NCBI RefSeq assembly: GCF_009914755.1
Contig: NC_060941.1
Strand: one strand, 5' to 3'
DNA: 64,000 nucleotides
From: the human T2T-CHM13v2.0 reference genome, Homo sapiens
Of this stretch, positions 25,230-38,333 are shown piece after piece (position 1 is the stretch's first letter; every line of letters starts with the position of its first letter). A program made the translations under genes and the position numbers. A model generated the notes under the pieces. The model was given only the letters and a program-made list of their open reading frames with translations, was not told the origin of the DNA and made no database searches.

Positions 25230-28200
25230 ATGATGGGATCAAATTCAGATACAACAATATTAACCTTAAATGTAAACGGGCTAAATGCCCCAGTTAAAAG
25301 ACACAGACTGGCAAATTGGATAAAAGTCAAACCCATCACTGTGCTGTATTCAGGAGACCCATCTCACATGCAAAGACACACATAGGCTCAAAATAAAAGG
25401 ATGGAGGAATATTTACCAAGGAGATGGAAAGCAAAAAAAAAAAAAAGCAGGGGTTGCAATCAGTCTCTGATAAAACAGATTTTAAACAAAGATCAAAAAA
25501 GACAAAGAAGGGCATTACATAATGATAAATGGATCAATGCAACAAGAAGAGCTAACTATCCTAAATATATATAAATGCACCCAATACTGGAGCACCCAGA
25601 TTCATAAAACAAGTTGTTAGAGACCTGCAAAGAGACTTAGACTCCCACACAATAATAGTGGGAGACTTTAACACCCCACTGTCAATATTAGACAGATAAT
25701 TGAGACAGAAAATTAATAAGGACTTGAAATCAGCTCTGGACCAAGTGGACCTAATAGACATCTACAGAACTCTCCACCCCCAAATTAACAGAATATACAT
25801 TCTTCTCAGCACCACATAGCACTTATTCTAAAATCAACCACATAATTGGAAGTAAAACACTCCTCAGCAAATGCAAAAGAATAGAAATCATAACAGTCTC
25901 TCAGACCACAGTGCAATCAAATTAGAACTCAGGATTAAGAAACTCACTCAAAACTGCACAACTATATGGAAACTGAACAACCTGCTCCTGAATGACTACT
26001 GGGTAAATAACAAAATTAAGGCAGAAATTAATAATTTCTTTGAAAACAACGAGAACAAAGAGAAAATTTACCAGAATATCTGGGACACAGCTAAAGCAGT
26101 GATAAGAGGAAAATTTATAGCACTAAATGCCAACATCAGAAAGTGGGAAAGATCTAGAATTGACACCCTAAAATCAAAGTAAAAAACCTAGAGAAGCAGG
26201 AGCAAATGAATTCAAAAGCTTTCAGAAGACAAAAAATAACTAAAATCAGAGCAGAACTGAGGGAGATAGAGAAATGAAAAACCCTTCAAATAAGCAATGA
26301 ATCCAGGAGCTGATTTTTTGAAAAGATTAACAAAATAGACCACTAGCCAGACTAATAAGGAAGAAAAGAGAGAAGGATCAAATAGACACAATAAAAAACG
26401 TTAAAGGGGATATCATCACTGATCCCACAGAAATACAAACTACCATCAGAGAATAATCTAAACACCTCTATGCAAATAAACTAGAAAATCTAGAAGAAAT
26501 GGATCAATTCTGGTCACATACACCCTCCCAAAACTAAATCAGGAAGAAGTCAAATCCATGAATAGACCAATAACAAATTCTGTAATTGAGGCACTAATAG
26601 CCTACCAACCACAAAAAAGCCCCGGACCAGACAGATTCACAGCCGAATTCTACCAGAGGTACAAAGAGGAGGTGGTACTATTCCTCCTGAAACTATTCCA
26701 AACAATACAAAAAGAGGGACTCATCCCTAAATCATTTTATGAGACCAACATTATTCTGATACCAAAACCTGGCAGAGACACAACAACAAAAAAATTTCTG
26801 GCCAATATCCCTGATGAATATTGATGTGAAGATCCTCAATAAAATACTGGCTAACTGAATCCAGCAGCACACCAAAAAGCTTAACAACCACGATCAAATC
26901 GACTTCATCCCTGGTATGCAAGGCTGGTTCAACATATGCAAATCAATAAACATAATCCATCACATAAACAGAACCAATGACAAAAACCATATGATTATCT
27001 CAATAAATGCAGAAAAGGCCTTTGATAAAATTCAACACCCCTTCATCCTAAAAACTCTCAATAAAATAGGTATAGATAAAACACATCTCAAAATAATAAG
27101 AGTTATTTATGACAAACCCATAGCCAATATCATACTGAATGGGCAAAAGTTGGAAGCATTCCCTTTGAAAACTGGCACAAGACAAGGATGCCCTCTCTCA
27201 CCACTCCTATTCAACATAGTATTGGAAGTTCTGGCCAGGGCAGTCAGGTAAGAGAAAAAAATAAAGGAATTCAAATAGAAAGAGAGGAAGTCAAATTTTC
27301 TCTCTTTGCAGATGACATGATTGTATATTTAGAAAACCCATCATCTCAGCCCAAAAACTCCTTAGGCTGATAAGCAACTTCAGAAAAGTCTCAGGATACA
27401 AAATCAAGGTGCAAAAATCACAAGCATTCCTACACACCAATAATAGACGAACAGAGAGCCAAACCATGAGTGAACTCCCATGCACAATTGCTACAAAAAG
27501 AATAAAATACCAAGGAATACATCTTACAAGAGACATGAAGGACCTCTTCAAGGAGAACTACAAACCACTGCTCAAGGAAATAAGAGAGGACACAAACAAA
27601 TGGAAGAAAATTCCATGCTCACAGATAGGTAGAATCAATACTGTGAAAATAGCTATAATGCCCAAAGTAATTTATAGATTCAATGCTATTCCCATCAAGC
27701 TACCACTGAGTTTCTTCACAAAATGGAAAAAACTACTTTAAATTTCATATCGGACCAAAAAAGAGCCCGTATAGCCAAGACAATCCTAAGCAAAAAGAAC
27801 AAAGCTGAAGGCATCACACCACCTTACTTCAAAGTATACTACAAGGCTACAGTAGCCAAAACAGCATGGTACTGGACCAAAACAGATATATAGACCAATG
27901 GAACAGAGCAGAGGCCTCAGAAATAACACACATCGACAACCATCTGATCTTCAACAAACCTGACAAAAACAAGCAATGGGGAAAGGATTCCCTATTTAAT
28001 AAATGGTGTTGGGAAAACTGGCTAGCCATATGCAGAAAACGGAAACCGGACCCCTTCCTTACACCTTATACAAAAATTAATCAAGATGGATTAAAGACTT
28101 AAACTTAAAACCTTAAACCATAAAAACCCTAGAAGAAAACCTAGGCAATACCATTCAGAACATAGGCATGGGCAAAGACTTCATGACTAAAATACCAAAA

Positions 28201-29016
28201 ACAATTGCAACAAAAGACAAAATTGACAAATGGGATCTAATTAAACTAAAGAGCTTCTGCACAGCAAAAGAAACTATCATCAGAATAAACAGGCAACCTA
28301 CAGAATGGGAGAAAATTTTTGCAAGCTACCCATCTAACAAAGGTCTAATATCCTGAATCTACAAGAAACTTAAACAAATTTACAAGAAAAGAACAACCCC
28401 ATCAAAAAGTGGGCAAAGGATATGAAAAGACACTTCTCAAAAGAAGACATTTATGTGGCCAATAAACATGAAAAAAAGCTCATCATTACTGGTCATTAGA
28501 GAAATACAAATCAAAACCACAATGATCAAAACCAACTCACACCAGTTAGAATGATGATCATTAAAAAGTCAGGAAACAACAGATGCTGGAGAGGATGTGG
28601 AGAAGTAGGAATGCTTTTACAATGTTGGTGGGAGTGTAAATTAGTTCACCCATTGTGGAAGACAGTGTGGCCATTCCTCAAGGATCTAGAACCAGAAATA
28701 CCATTTGACCCAACAATCCCATTACTGGGTATATACCCAAAGGATTATAAATCATTCTACTGTAAAGACACGTATGTTTAATTGCAGCACTATTTACAGT
28801 AGCAAAGACCTGGAACCAACCCAAATGACCATAAATGATAGACGGGATAAAGAAAATGTGGCACATATACACCATGGAATACTATGCAGCCATAAAAAAA
28901 ATGAGTTCATGTCCTTTGCAGGGACATGGATGAAGCTGGAAACCATCATCCTCAGCAAATTAACACAGCAACAGAAAATCAAACACTGCATGTTCTCACT
29001 CACAATTGTGAGTTGA
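25230..29016 (+). pseudogene. L1 ORF2p endonuclease/reverse transcriptase (disrupted)
   Basis: 'ILTLNVNGLNAP' (EN), '[10 protein letters not shown]', '[12 protein letters not shown]', '[21 protein letters not shown]', FADD at about 27305, C-terminal 'CWRGCGE..LLQCWWECKLVHPLW'. Split across many frames. Confidence 0.93.
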
Positions 29017-29232
29017 ACAATGAGAACACATGGACACAGAGAGGGGAACATCACACACTGGGGTCTCTTGGGGGATGGGGGGCAAGGGGAGAGAGAGCAT
29101 TAGGACAAATACCTAATGCATGTAGGGCTTAAAGCCTAGATGATGGGTTGATGGGTGCAGCAAACCACCATGGCACATGTATACCTATATAATAAACCTT
29201 CAGTTCTGCACATGTATCCCAGAACCTAAAGT

Positions 29233-29234
29233 AA

Positions 29235-29272
<38 letters not shown>
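29233..29272. repeat. (TAA)n microsatellite derived from the L1 tail
   Basis: About 13 perfect AAT units. Confidence 0.95.
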
Positions 29273-29273
<1 letters not shown>

Positions 29274-29344
29274 TCAGCTCCAAACACCATTAGAACACCA
29301 AAATAACTGTTGCAAGAAAGGTCCACAAAAGGATGCTAAAATTT

Positions 29345-29930
29345 ATAGGCAAAATTTGAAAAGAAACAAGATATTTGCATAGTCTCAAGTATCTGCCACC
29401 AAACTATTAATCACAAAGAGAGAAGTAGGCACCAAGTGATAAAAACATATTAACCAAGAGATAAGACATGTCAACACTATGTAATTCTTGATATGACAAA
29501 ATGAGGTCATGTCATGTCTCTTGTCGTCTTGACAAACCTCCAAAAACAAATGCATAGCTTTCATATAATCATGCAAGACTTTAGGTAAGCCCAAACCTAA
29601 AGTTATTCTGCATAATAAGTAATCAAACCTCTTCAAAATTATCAAGGTCAGACAAGGAGAGACTGAGGAAATGATTGGAGGAGACAAAGGTGACCTGACA
29701 TTTAAATGCAATGTGGAATCCTAAACCAAAACAAACATTAGTGGACAAACTTGTGAAATCTGGATACAGTTTTTAGTTTAGTTAATAGTATTGTATCAAT
29801 ATTAATTTCTAAGTTTCCATAATTATACTAATGTGAGCGGAAGTTGGGTGAAAGGTATATGGGAGCTTTTTGTATTATTTTGTAACTATTCTGTAAGCCT
29901 AAAATTACAAAGTAAAAAATAAAAAAGAAA
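29345..29930 (+). mobile_element. L1MC/L1MD 3' UTR fragment
   Basis: 'aaatgcaatgtggaatcct', 'ttagttaatagtattgtatcaatattaatttc', 'gggtgaaaggtatatgggagc'. Confidence 0.75.
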
Positions 29931-30294
29931 AGCAACTGCAAAACAACAAATAATAAAACTAAGTTTGGATATTAAAGGTTAAAGGGAGAAAATAGAGAGA
30001 ATAAAGATAAGAAAGAGAAAGAGAAGGAAGAGAAGCGGAGGAGGAGGAAGAAGGTAACCATTCCTATTTCTGAGTGGTCACAAAGAAATTGCTTGTCCAG
30101 GTGTTCCATCTCTCAGCTCAAACAGTCTTCAAGTCGGCCTGCCCACATGAGGTCTGTCCCTGAAGACCATTATAATGAAAAATCGTAAAATTTTACTTAA
30201 AACGTGAAAGAAGATCCCCATAAAATAACATTCCATTTAAATAAACAACAGGGCTGTTGCGGGTAACTTCACAAATTGATCAAACTCATCTAAG

Positions 30295-30532
30295 TCAATA
30301 TGGAGTACTGGAATGGACTCTGGAGCCAGATCACTCAGGTTCAAATCTATTTCAGAATGGCATATTTCTGTATCTTTAGACAAGTTATTAAACTTTCTGT
30401 GCCTCTGTTTCCTCATAAGTATAATGGAAATATTAATAATAATATTGATATTATTTTGTTGGGAAGATTAAATTGGGTTAATACATATAAATTACTTGCC
30501 TAGCATACAATTAATGCTAAATTAATGTTAGT
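30295..30532 (+). mobile_element. MIR
   Basis: 'ggactctggagccaga...acaagttattaaactttctgtgcctctgtttcctcata...gaagattaaattgggttaatacatataaa'. Confidence 0.85.
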
Positions 30533-30599
30533 CAATATAGTTCATCAGGGGAATTAATGCATAAGAATCGCCATGCCTTGAAAAACGAGAATAATTGAA

Positions 30600-30875
30600 A
30601 ATGTTGTCTGCCAATGCTTAAAATGTGCTATGAAGCTACAGTAATTAAAAGGTGATATTGAACAGCAGTAGATAATTAAATCAGAGAAACCAAATAGGAG
30701 TCCAGAAATAGATGCATTTTATATATGCATATGAATATATATATTCTTATATGTATTAAGTGAAGAAAGAATAGATTATTCAATAAACGTATTTGGAACA
30801 TGTAGTTGAGCAAATACTTAAACTCTTATTTCACACTTACACAAAACAAATTATAAATGGCTTAAAAATCTTTAC
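30600..30875 (+). mobile_element. Old L1M ORF2 fragment
   Basis: 'aagctacagtaattaaaa', 'agtccagaaatagatgca', 'attattcaataaacg'. Confidence 0.55.
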
Positions 30876-31079
30876 TTATTCCCTTTCCCTAACCACCCAT
30901 TTCCAATCTAACTGGAAAGCTCTGCCACAAAAATATATCCCCAATCCAACCACTTATTAGCCACTCCAGTGTGCATTTTACCTTACTCCGAGCTGCAATA
31001 ATCTCTATTGCAAAAGCCTCCAAACTAGCTGTCTTGCTTCTGTTCTTACCGTCACCCAAACATATACACCCTGTAACCT

Positions 31080-31800
31080 GAACCAAAATATAGAGCACTG
31101 TCAACATGCTAGAAAGTTCCCCTGTGTCCCTTTCCAAAATACCAGGAAGATTCGGGCTTCTGGAAGAGGAAATTGCTATTTTGAGGTAAGCATGTTTGGC
31201 TTTAATAGATACTGCTGGCCGGGCATGGTGGCTCACGCCTGTAATCCCCGCACTTTGGGAGGCCAAGGCGGGTGGATTGCCTGAGGTCAGGAGTTTGAGA
31301 CCAGTCTGGCCAACATGGTGAAACCCCATCTCTACTAAAAATACAAAACAATTAGCTGGACATGGTGGCATGCACCTCTAATCCCAGCTACTCAGGAGGC
31401 TGAGGCAGGGTAATTGCTTGAACCATGGAGGTGGAGGTTGTAGTGAGCCGAGATTGCGCCACTGCACTCCAGCCTGGGAGTCAAAGTGAGACTCCATCTC
31501 AAAAAAAAAAAAAAAAATAGATACAGCTAATGAGATTTTCAAAGGCCAGATTTACAAATTTACATTGCCATTAGCATTGCATAAGAGTCCAAGTTAATCT
31601 ACATTTTTACTAACACTTGGTGGTGTCAATGATATTAAATTATAATCATCCTGGTGGGTACATACTGATATATAGTTGTGGTCTTAATTCACATTTCCCT
31701 GAAGATTACTGTTGCACAAAACCTTTTGATAGACTTTCGGTCACTGGGATATCCTCTATTATAAACGTTTAGGTTCTCTAGTAATTTTTTATACATCTTT
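31080..31800 (-). mobile_element. Old L1M fragment (host of an Alu)
   Basis: 'tttacattgccattagcattgcataagagtcc', 'atagttgtggtcttaattcacatttccctga'. Confidence 0.6.
31217..31515 (+). mobile_element. AluS (Sx/Sz/Sq)
   Basis: Full dimer with A-tail; TSD aatagatac(t/a)gct (31204-31216 / 31516-31528). Confidence 0.93.
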
Positions 31801-31872
31801 CCAATGTCTTAAAATGTGATTTAATTTCTCACCAAACTGATGCTTTTGTAAAAAAATATGATTTAAAAATAA

Positions 31873-34800
31873 TTTTCATATGTTTGTTGGCCACATAAAT
31901 GTCTTCTTTTCAGAAGTGTCTGTTCATATCCTTTGCCCACTTTTTGATGGGGTTGTTTTTTTCGTGTAAATTTGTTTAAGTTTCTTGTAGATTCTGGATA
32001 TTAGACCTTTGTCAGATGGGTAGATTGAAAATATTTTCTCCCATTCTGTAGGTTGCCTGTTTATTCTGATAATAGTTTCTTTTGCTGTGCAGAAGCTCTT
32101 TAGTTTAATTAGATCCCATTTGTCAATACTGGCTTTTGTTGCAATTGTTTTTGGTATTTTAGTCATGAAGTCTTTGCCCATGCCTATGTCCTGAATGGTA
32201 TTGCCTAGGTTTTCTTCTAGGGTTTTTATGGTTTTAGGTCTTAAGTTTAAGTCTTTAATCCATCTTGAGTTAATTTTTGTATAATGTATAAGGAAGGGAT
32301 CCCGTTTCAGTTTTCTGCATATAGCTAGCCAGTTTTCCCAGCACCATTTGTTAAATAGGGAATCCTTTCCTCATTGCTTGTTTTTGTCAGGTTTGTCAAA
32401 GATCAGATGCTTGTAGATGTGTGGCATTATTTCCAAGGCCTCTCTTCTCTTCCATTGGTCTATATATCTGTTTTGGTACCAGTACTGTGCTGTTTTCATT
32501 ACTGTAGCCTTGTAGCATAGTTTGAAGTGAGGTGGTGTGATGCCTCCAGCTTCATTCTTTTTGTTTAGGATTGTCTTGGCTATATAGGCTCTTTTTGATG
32601 TCATATGAAATTTAAAGTAGTTTTTTCTAGTTCTGTGGAGAAAGTCAATGGTAGCTTGATGGGAATAGCATTGTATCTACAAATTACATTGGGCAGTGTG
32701 GCCATTTTCATGATATTGATTCTTCCTATCCATGAGCATGAATTTTTTTTCCATTTGTTTGTGTCCTCTTTTATTTCGTTGAGTAGTGGTTTGTAGTTCT
32801 TCTTGAAGAGGCCCTTCACATCCCTTGTAAGTTGTATTCCTTTGTATTTTATTCTCTTTGTAGCAATTGTGAATGGGAGTTCATCATGATTTGGCTCTCT
32901 GCTTGTCTACTGTTGTTGTATAGGAATGCTTGTGATTTTTCCAGCTTGATTTTGTATCCTGAGACTTTCCTGAAGTTGCTTATCAGCTTAAGGAGTTTTT
33001 GAGCTTAATCAATGGGGTTTTCTAAATATACAATCATGTCATCTGCAAACAGAGACAATTTGACTTCTTCCCTTACTGTTTAAATACCCTTTATTTCTTT
33101 CTCTTGCCTGATTGCCCTGGCCAGAACTTCCAATACTATGTTGAATAGGAGTGGTGAGAGGGGGCATCCTTGTCCTGTGACAGTTTTCAAAGAGAGTGTT
33201 TCCAGCTTTTGCCCATTCAGTATGATATTGGCTATGGGTTTGTCATAAATAGCTTTTATTATTTTGTGATACAGTTCATCAATACCTACTTTATTGAGAG
33301 TTTTTAACATGCAGGGATGTTGAATTTTGTCGAAGGCCTTTTCTGCATCTATTGAGATAATCATATGGTTTTTATCATTGGTTCTGTTTATGTGATGGAT
33401 TATGTTTATTGATTTGTGTTTGTTGAACCAGCCTTGCATATCAGGGATGAAGCCAGCTTGATCGTGGTGGATAAGCTTTTTGATGTGCTGCTGGATTCAG
33501 TTAGCCAGTGTTTTATTGAGAATTTTTGCATTGATGTTCATCAGAGATATTGGCCTGAAATTTTCTTTTTTTGTTGTGTCCCTGCCAGTTTTTGGTATCA
33601 GGATGATGCTGGCTTCATAAAACAAGTTAGGGAGCAGTCCCGCCTTTTCAACTCTTTGGAATAGTTTCAGAAGAAATAGTACCAGCTCCTCTTTATACCT
33701 CTGGTAGAATTCGGCTGTGAATCTGTCTGGTCCGGGGCTTTTTTTGGTTGGTAGGCTATTAATTACTCCCTCAATTTCAGAACTTGTTATTGGTCTATTC
33801 AGGGATTCAACTTCTTCCTCGTTTAGTCTTGGGAGGGTGTATGTGCCCAGGAATGTATTATTTTTTCCAGAATTTCTAGTTTATTTATGTAGAGGTGTTT
33901 ACAGTATTCTCTGATGGTAGTTTGTATTTCTGTGGGATTGGGGTGATATCCCCTTTAGCATATTTTATTGTGTCTATTTGATTCTTCTCTCTTTTTTATT
34001 AGTCTGGCTAGCAGTCTATATATTTTGTTAAGTTTTTCTAAAAACCAGCTCCTGGATTCATTACTTTTTTGAAGTGTTTTTTGCGTCTCCATCTCCTTCA
34101 GTTCTGCTCCAATCTTAGTTACTTCTTGTCCTCTGCTAGTTTTTGAATTTGTTCACTCTTGCTTCTCTAGTCCAACATCACTGGTCATTAGACACATGCA
34201 AATCAAAAACTACAATAATGTATCATCTCATGCCAGTCAGAATGGTGATTATTAAAAAGTCAGGAAACAATAGATGCTGGTGAGGCTGTGTTGTTCCACA
34301 ACTATTGTGGAAAACAGTGTGGTGATTCCTTAAGGATCTAGAACCAAAAGTACCATTTGATCCAGCAGTCTCATTACTGGGTATGTACCCAAAGGATTAT
34401 AAATCATTCTACTATAAAGACACATGCACACGTATGTTTATTGCACACTAATCACAATAGCAAAGACTTGGAACCAACCCAAATGCCCATCAGTGATAGA
34501 CTGGATAAAGAAAATGTGATACATACACACCATGGAATTCTATGCAGCCATAGAAAAGAATGAGATTGCGTCCTTTGCAAGGACATGGATGAAGCTGGAA
34601 ACCATCATTCTCAGCAAACTAACACAGGAACAGAAAACCAAACACCACATGTTCTCACTCATAAGTGGGAGTTAAACAATGAGAACACATTGACACAGGG
34701 AAGAGAACAACACACCAGGGCCTGTCAGGGGGTGGGGACCAAGGGGAGGGAGAGCATTAGGACAAATACCTAATGCATGCGGGGCTTAAAGCCTAGATAA

Positions 34801-34935
34801 TGGGTTGATAGGTGCAGGAAATCACCGTAGCACATGTGTACTTATGTAACAAACCTGCACATTCTGTACATGTATCCTGGAACTTAAAGTAAAATTTAAA
34901 AGTACGCAAATAATAATAATAATAATGATAATAAT
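31873..34935 (+). mobile_element. 5'-inverted (twin-primed) L1PA8/8A-like insertion: inverted ORF2 arm 31873-34171 (-) plus sense 3' end 34173-34935 (+)
   Basis: The antisense arm ends at '...aaacatatgaaaa' and the sense part begins 'caacatcactggtcattag'; these are adjacent positions in the L1 sequence (compare 28464-28500). (TAA)n tail; short TSD-like 'aataattt'. Confidence 0.92.
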
Positions 34936-35013
34936 TTATGACTTTTTTCTTACTGCATTGGAATCATTGGCCCGCTGTGACCTACCTCATCCTAGTTGGA
35001 AGTGGAAGTCCTG

Positions 35014-35015
<2 letters not shown>

Positions 35016-35059
<44 letters not shown>
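35016..35059. repeat. (AC)22 microsatellite
   Basis: Direct reading. Confidence 0.97.
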
Positions 35060-35063
<4 letters not shown>

Positions 35064-35479
35064 ATTTATTTATTTTTTATTTCCATAGGTTTTTAGGGAA
35101 CAGGTGGTATTTGGTTGCATGAGTTAGTTCTTTAATGGTGATTTACGAGATTGGTGCACCCATCACCTGGGCAGTATACACTGAACCCAATTTGTAGTCT
35201 TTTATCCTTCACTCTGCTTCCCTTTCCCTCTGAGTCCCCAAAGCCCATTTTGTCATTTTTATGCCTTTGCATCCTCATAGCTTAGCTCTCACATATGAAC
35301 GAGAACATACGATATTTGGTTTTTCATTCCTGAATTACTTTACTTAGAATAATAATCTCCAATTCCATCCGGGTTGCTGCGAATGCCATTAAGTCATTCT
35401 TCTTTATGGCTGAGTGGTATTCCATTGTTTATATATACCACAATTTCTTTATCTTGTTGATTGATGGGCATTTGGGTTG

Positions 35480-38333
35480 TGATATTGTTTGGCTGTATCC
35501 TCACCTAAATCTCATTTGAATTCCTATGTGTTGTGGGAGGAACACAGTGGAAGGTGATTGAATCATGGGGGCAGGTCTTTCCTGTACTATTCTCATGGTA
35601 GTGAAAAAGTCTCATGAGATCTGATGGGTTTATAAAGGGGAGTTTCCCTGCACAATTTATTTTCTCTTTTCCTGCTGGTATCCACATAAGATGGGACTTG
35701 CTCCTCCTTACCTTCTGCCATCATTGTGAGGATTCCCCAGGCTTGAGGAACTATAAGTCCAATTAAACCTCTTTCTTTCATAAATTGCCCAGTTTTGGGT
35801 ATGTCTTCAGCAGCAGCATGGAAAGAGACTAATACAGTAAATTGGCACTGAAAAGACTGGGATGTTGCTGAAAAGATATCCAAAAATGTGGAAGTGACTT
35901 TGGAACTGGGCAACAGGTAGAGGTTGGAATAGTTTGGAGGACTCAGAAGAGGTCAGGAAAACGTGGCAAAGTTTGGAACTTCCTAGAGACTTGTGGAATG
36001 GCTTTGACAAAAATGCTGATAGTGATACAAACAATAAGGCCCAGGCTGAGGTGGTGTCAGATGGAAATGAAGAACGTGTTGGGAACTGGAGCAAAAGTGA
36101 CTCTTGTTATATTTTAGCAAAGAGACTGGTGCCATTTTGCCCCTGCCCTAGAGATTTGTGGAACTTTAACCATGAGGGAGATGATTTAGGGTATCTGGTG
36201 GGAAAAATTTCTAAGCAGCAAAGCTTTCAAGAGGTGACTTAAGTGCTGTTAAAAGCATTCAGTTTTACAAGGGAAGCAGAGTATAACAGTTTAGAAGATT
36301 TGTAGCCAGACAATGTGATTGAAAAGAAAATCCCATTCTCTGAGAAGAAATTCAAGCTGGCTGCAAAAATTTGCATAAGTAACGAGGAGCTGAATGTCAA
36401 TGCCCAAGACAATGGGGAAAATGTCTCCAGGGAACCTCAGAGGTCTTCACAACAGCCTCTCCCATCACAGGCTTGGAGGCCTAGGAGGAAAACATGGTTT
36501 CCTGGGTCGGGCCCAGGGTCCCCATGCTGTGTGCAGCCTATGACAGAGCAGAAGTACCATCATCTCAGAAAAACACCACCACTTTAAGTTCCATCTCCCT
36601 TTCTAGCCTCATGCATTTCAAGGAAATCACTTCTCTTCTAACTACAAACAGCCAGAAAGAGCAGACAGTAGGACACAGATAAGACAGCTTGGGCACAGAG
36701 GGAGGTGGGGGGAAAGTCTCTTGGGTAACTGCCCAACTTCACCCTCATACATGGGCCCCAGTAAAACTGTGGGCCTTAATAAGCACATTCCTCTCCCTTC
36801 GGGTGCACTAAGATAGGGAGGCTAAAAGCAGACTCAGGGGGTATGCCTGCAGCTGCACAAGGATGTATGGGAACAGACACACAACTCTCTCTCCCAGATA
36901 AGCACAACAAAGAGATACAGAAGCAGCCCACACCTCTGATAAGGTCTCCCACCCTGAATCCTTAAAAACTCTTAGTCTGTAAGAGAGTGTGCCTCTGACC
37001 TAACCTGGCCAGATGCCCCTCTCAGGTTTGTTTTCTCTAAAATGAACCTGTCTTGACTGCCAAGCCACTTTCATGTTTCTTTTCTCTTTCTTTAATTCTT
37101 ATAGCCTAGGGACTCGGTGCTCTGTGTCTCAGCTGCTCCAGCTATGGCTGAAAGGAGCCAACACAGAGCTTGGGCCATGGCTTCAGAGGGTGCAAGCCCC
37201 AAGCCTTGGCAGCTTCCACATGGTGTTGAGCCTGTGAGTTCACAAAAGTCAAGAATTAAGGTTTGAGAAGCTTGGCCTAGATTTCAGAAGATGTATGGAA
37301 ACACCTGGATGCTCAGGCAGAAGTTTAGTGAAGGGGTGGGGCCTTCATTGAGAACCTCTGCTGGGGCAGTGTGGAAGGGAAATGTGGGATCAGAGCCCCC
37401 ACATAGAGTCCCTACTGGGGCACTGCCTAGTGGAGCTGTGAGAAAAGGGCCACTGTCCTCCAGACCCCAGAATGGTAGTTCCACTGACAGCTTACACCGA
37501 GCACCTGGGAAAGCTGCAGATATTCAACACCAGCCCATGAAAGCAGCCAGGAGGGAGGCTTTACCCAGCAGAGCCACAGGGGCAGAGCTGCCCAAGACCA
37601 TGGGAACCCACCTCTTGGATCAGCATGACCTGGATCTGAGACATGGAGTCAAAGGAGATAATTCTGGAGCTTAAAGATTTGACTGCCCAGCTGGATTTCA
37701 GATATGCATGGGGCCTGTAGCCCCTTTGTTTTAGCCAATTTCTCCCATTTGGAATGGTTGTATTTACCCAATGCCTGTACCCCCATTGTATCTAGGAAGT
37801 AACTAACTTGCTTTTGATTTTATAGGCTCATAGGTGGAAGGGACTTACCTTGTCTCAGATGAGACTTTGGGCTGTGGACTTTTGAGTTAATGCTGAAATG
37901 AATTAAGACCTTGGGGGACTGTTGGGAAGGAATGATTCATTCTGAAATGTGAGGACATGAGATTTGGGAGGTGCCAGGGTGGAATGATATGGTTTGGCTG
38001 TGTCCCCACCCAAATCTCATCTTGAATTCCCATGTGTTGTGGGAGGAACCCAGTGGGAGGTGATTGAATCATGGGGGCAGTTCTTTCCTGTGCTATTCTT
38101 GTGGTAGTGAATAAGTCTCATGAGATCTGATGAGTTTATAAAGGGGAGTTTCCCTGCACAAGCTCTCCTCTCTTTGCCTGCTACTATCCACATTAAATGG
38201 GACTTACTCTTCCTTGCCTTCTGTCATGATTGTGAGGCTTCCCCAGCCATGTGGAACTGTAAGTCCAGTTAAAACTCTTTCTTTTGTAAATTGCCCAGTC
38301 TCGGGTATGTTTTCATCAGCAGTGTGAAAACGG
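35480..38333 (+). mobile_element. Full-length THE1B provirus (5' LTR 35480-35836, internal 35837-37984, 3' LTR 37985-38333)
   Basis: Two co-oriented LTRs flank THE1-int ('gtaaattggcac...ggaagtgactttggaactggg...gccagggtggaa'). Confidence 0.95.
36541..37103 (+). mobile_element. ERV1 solo LTR (LTR19B-like) inside THE1B-int
   Basis: 563-bp insert 'tgacagagcag...ctttaattcttata' with perfect TSD GCCTA (36536-36540 / 37104-37108). Family name from memory. Confidence 0.85.

Larger units (their letters stand above)
22827..29267 (+). mobile_element. Full-length L1PA8-like LINE-1 (about 6.44 kb), inactivated
   Basis: 5' UTR start 'ggcaagatggctgaataggaacagctccggtc'; ORF1 and ORF2 remnants; PA8-type 3' UTR 'gcattaggacaaatacctaatgcatg'; (TAA)n tail. 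15-bp TSD aataattcagct(t/c)ca (22812-22826 / 29268-29282). Confidence 0.96.

Noticed and set aside
24838-29016. Many ORFs with endonuclease/RT similarity, read as an active retroelement or novel RT system
   Set aside because: They are frameshifted, stop-ridden pieces of ordinary L1 ORF1/ORF2.
29059-29090. G-quadruplex-like G-runs (also 34727-34750)
   Set aside because: This is the standard G-rich tract of L1PA 3' UTRs, not locus specific.
35934-37674. 102-127 aa ORFs within the THE1B internal region
   Set aside because: They are remnants of the MaLR internal ORF, broken by stops and by the LTR insertion.
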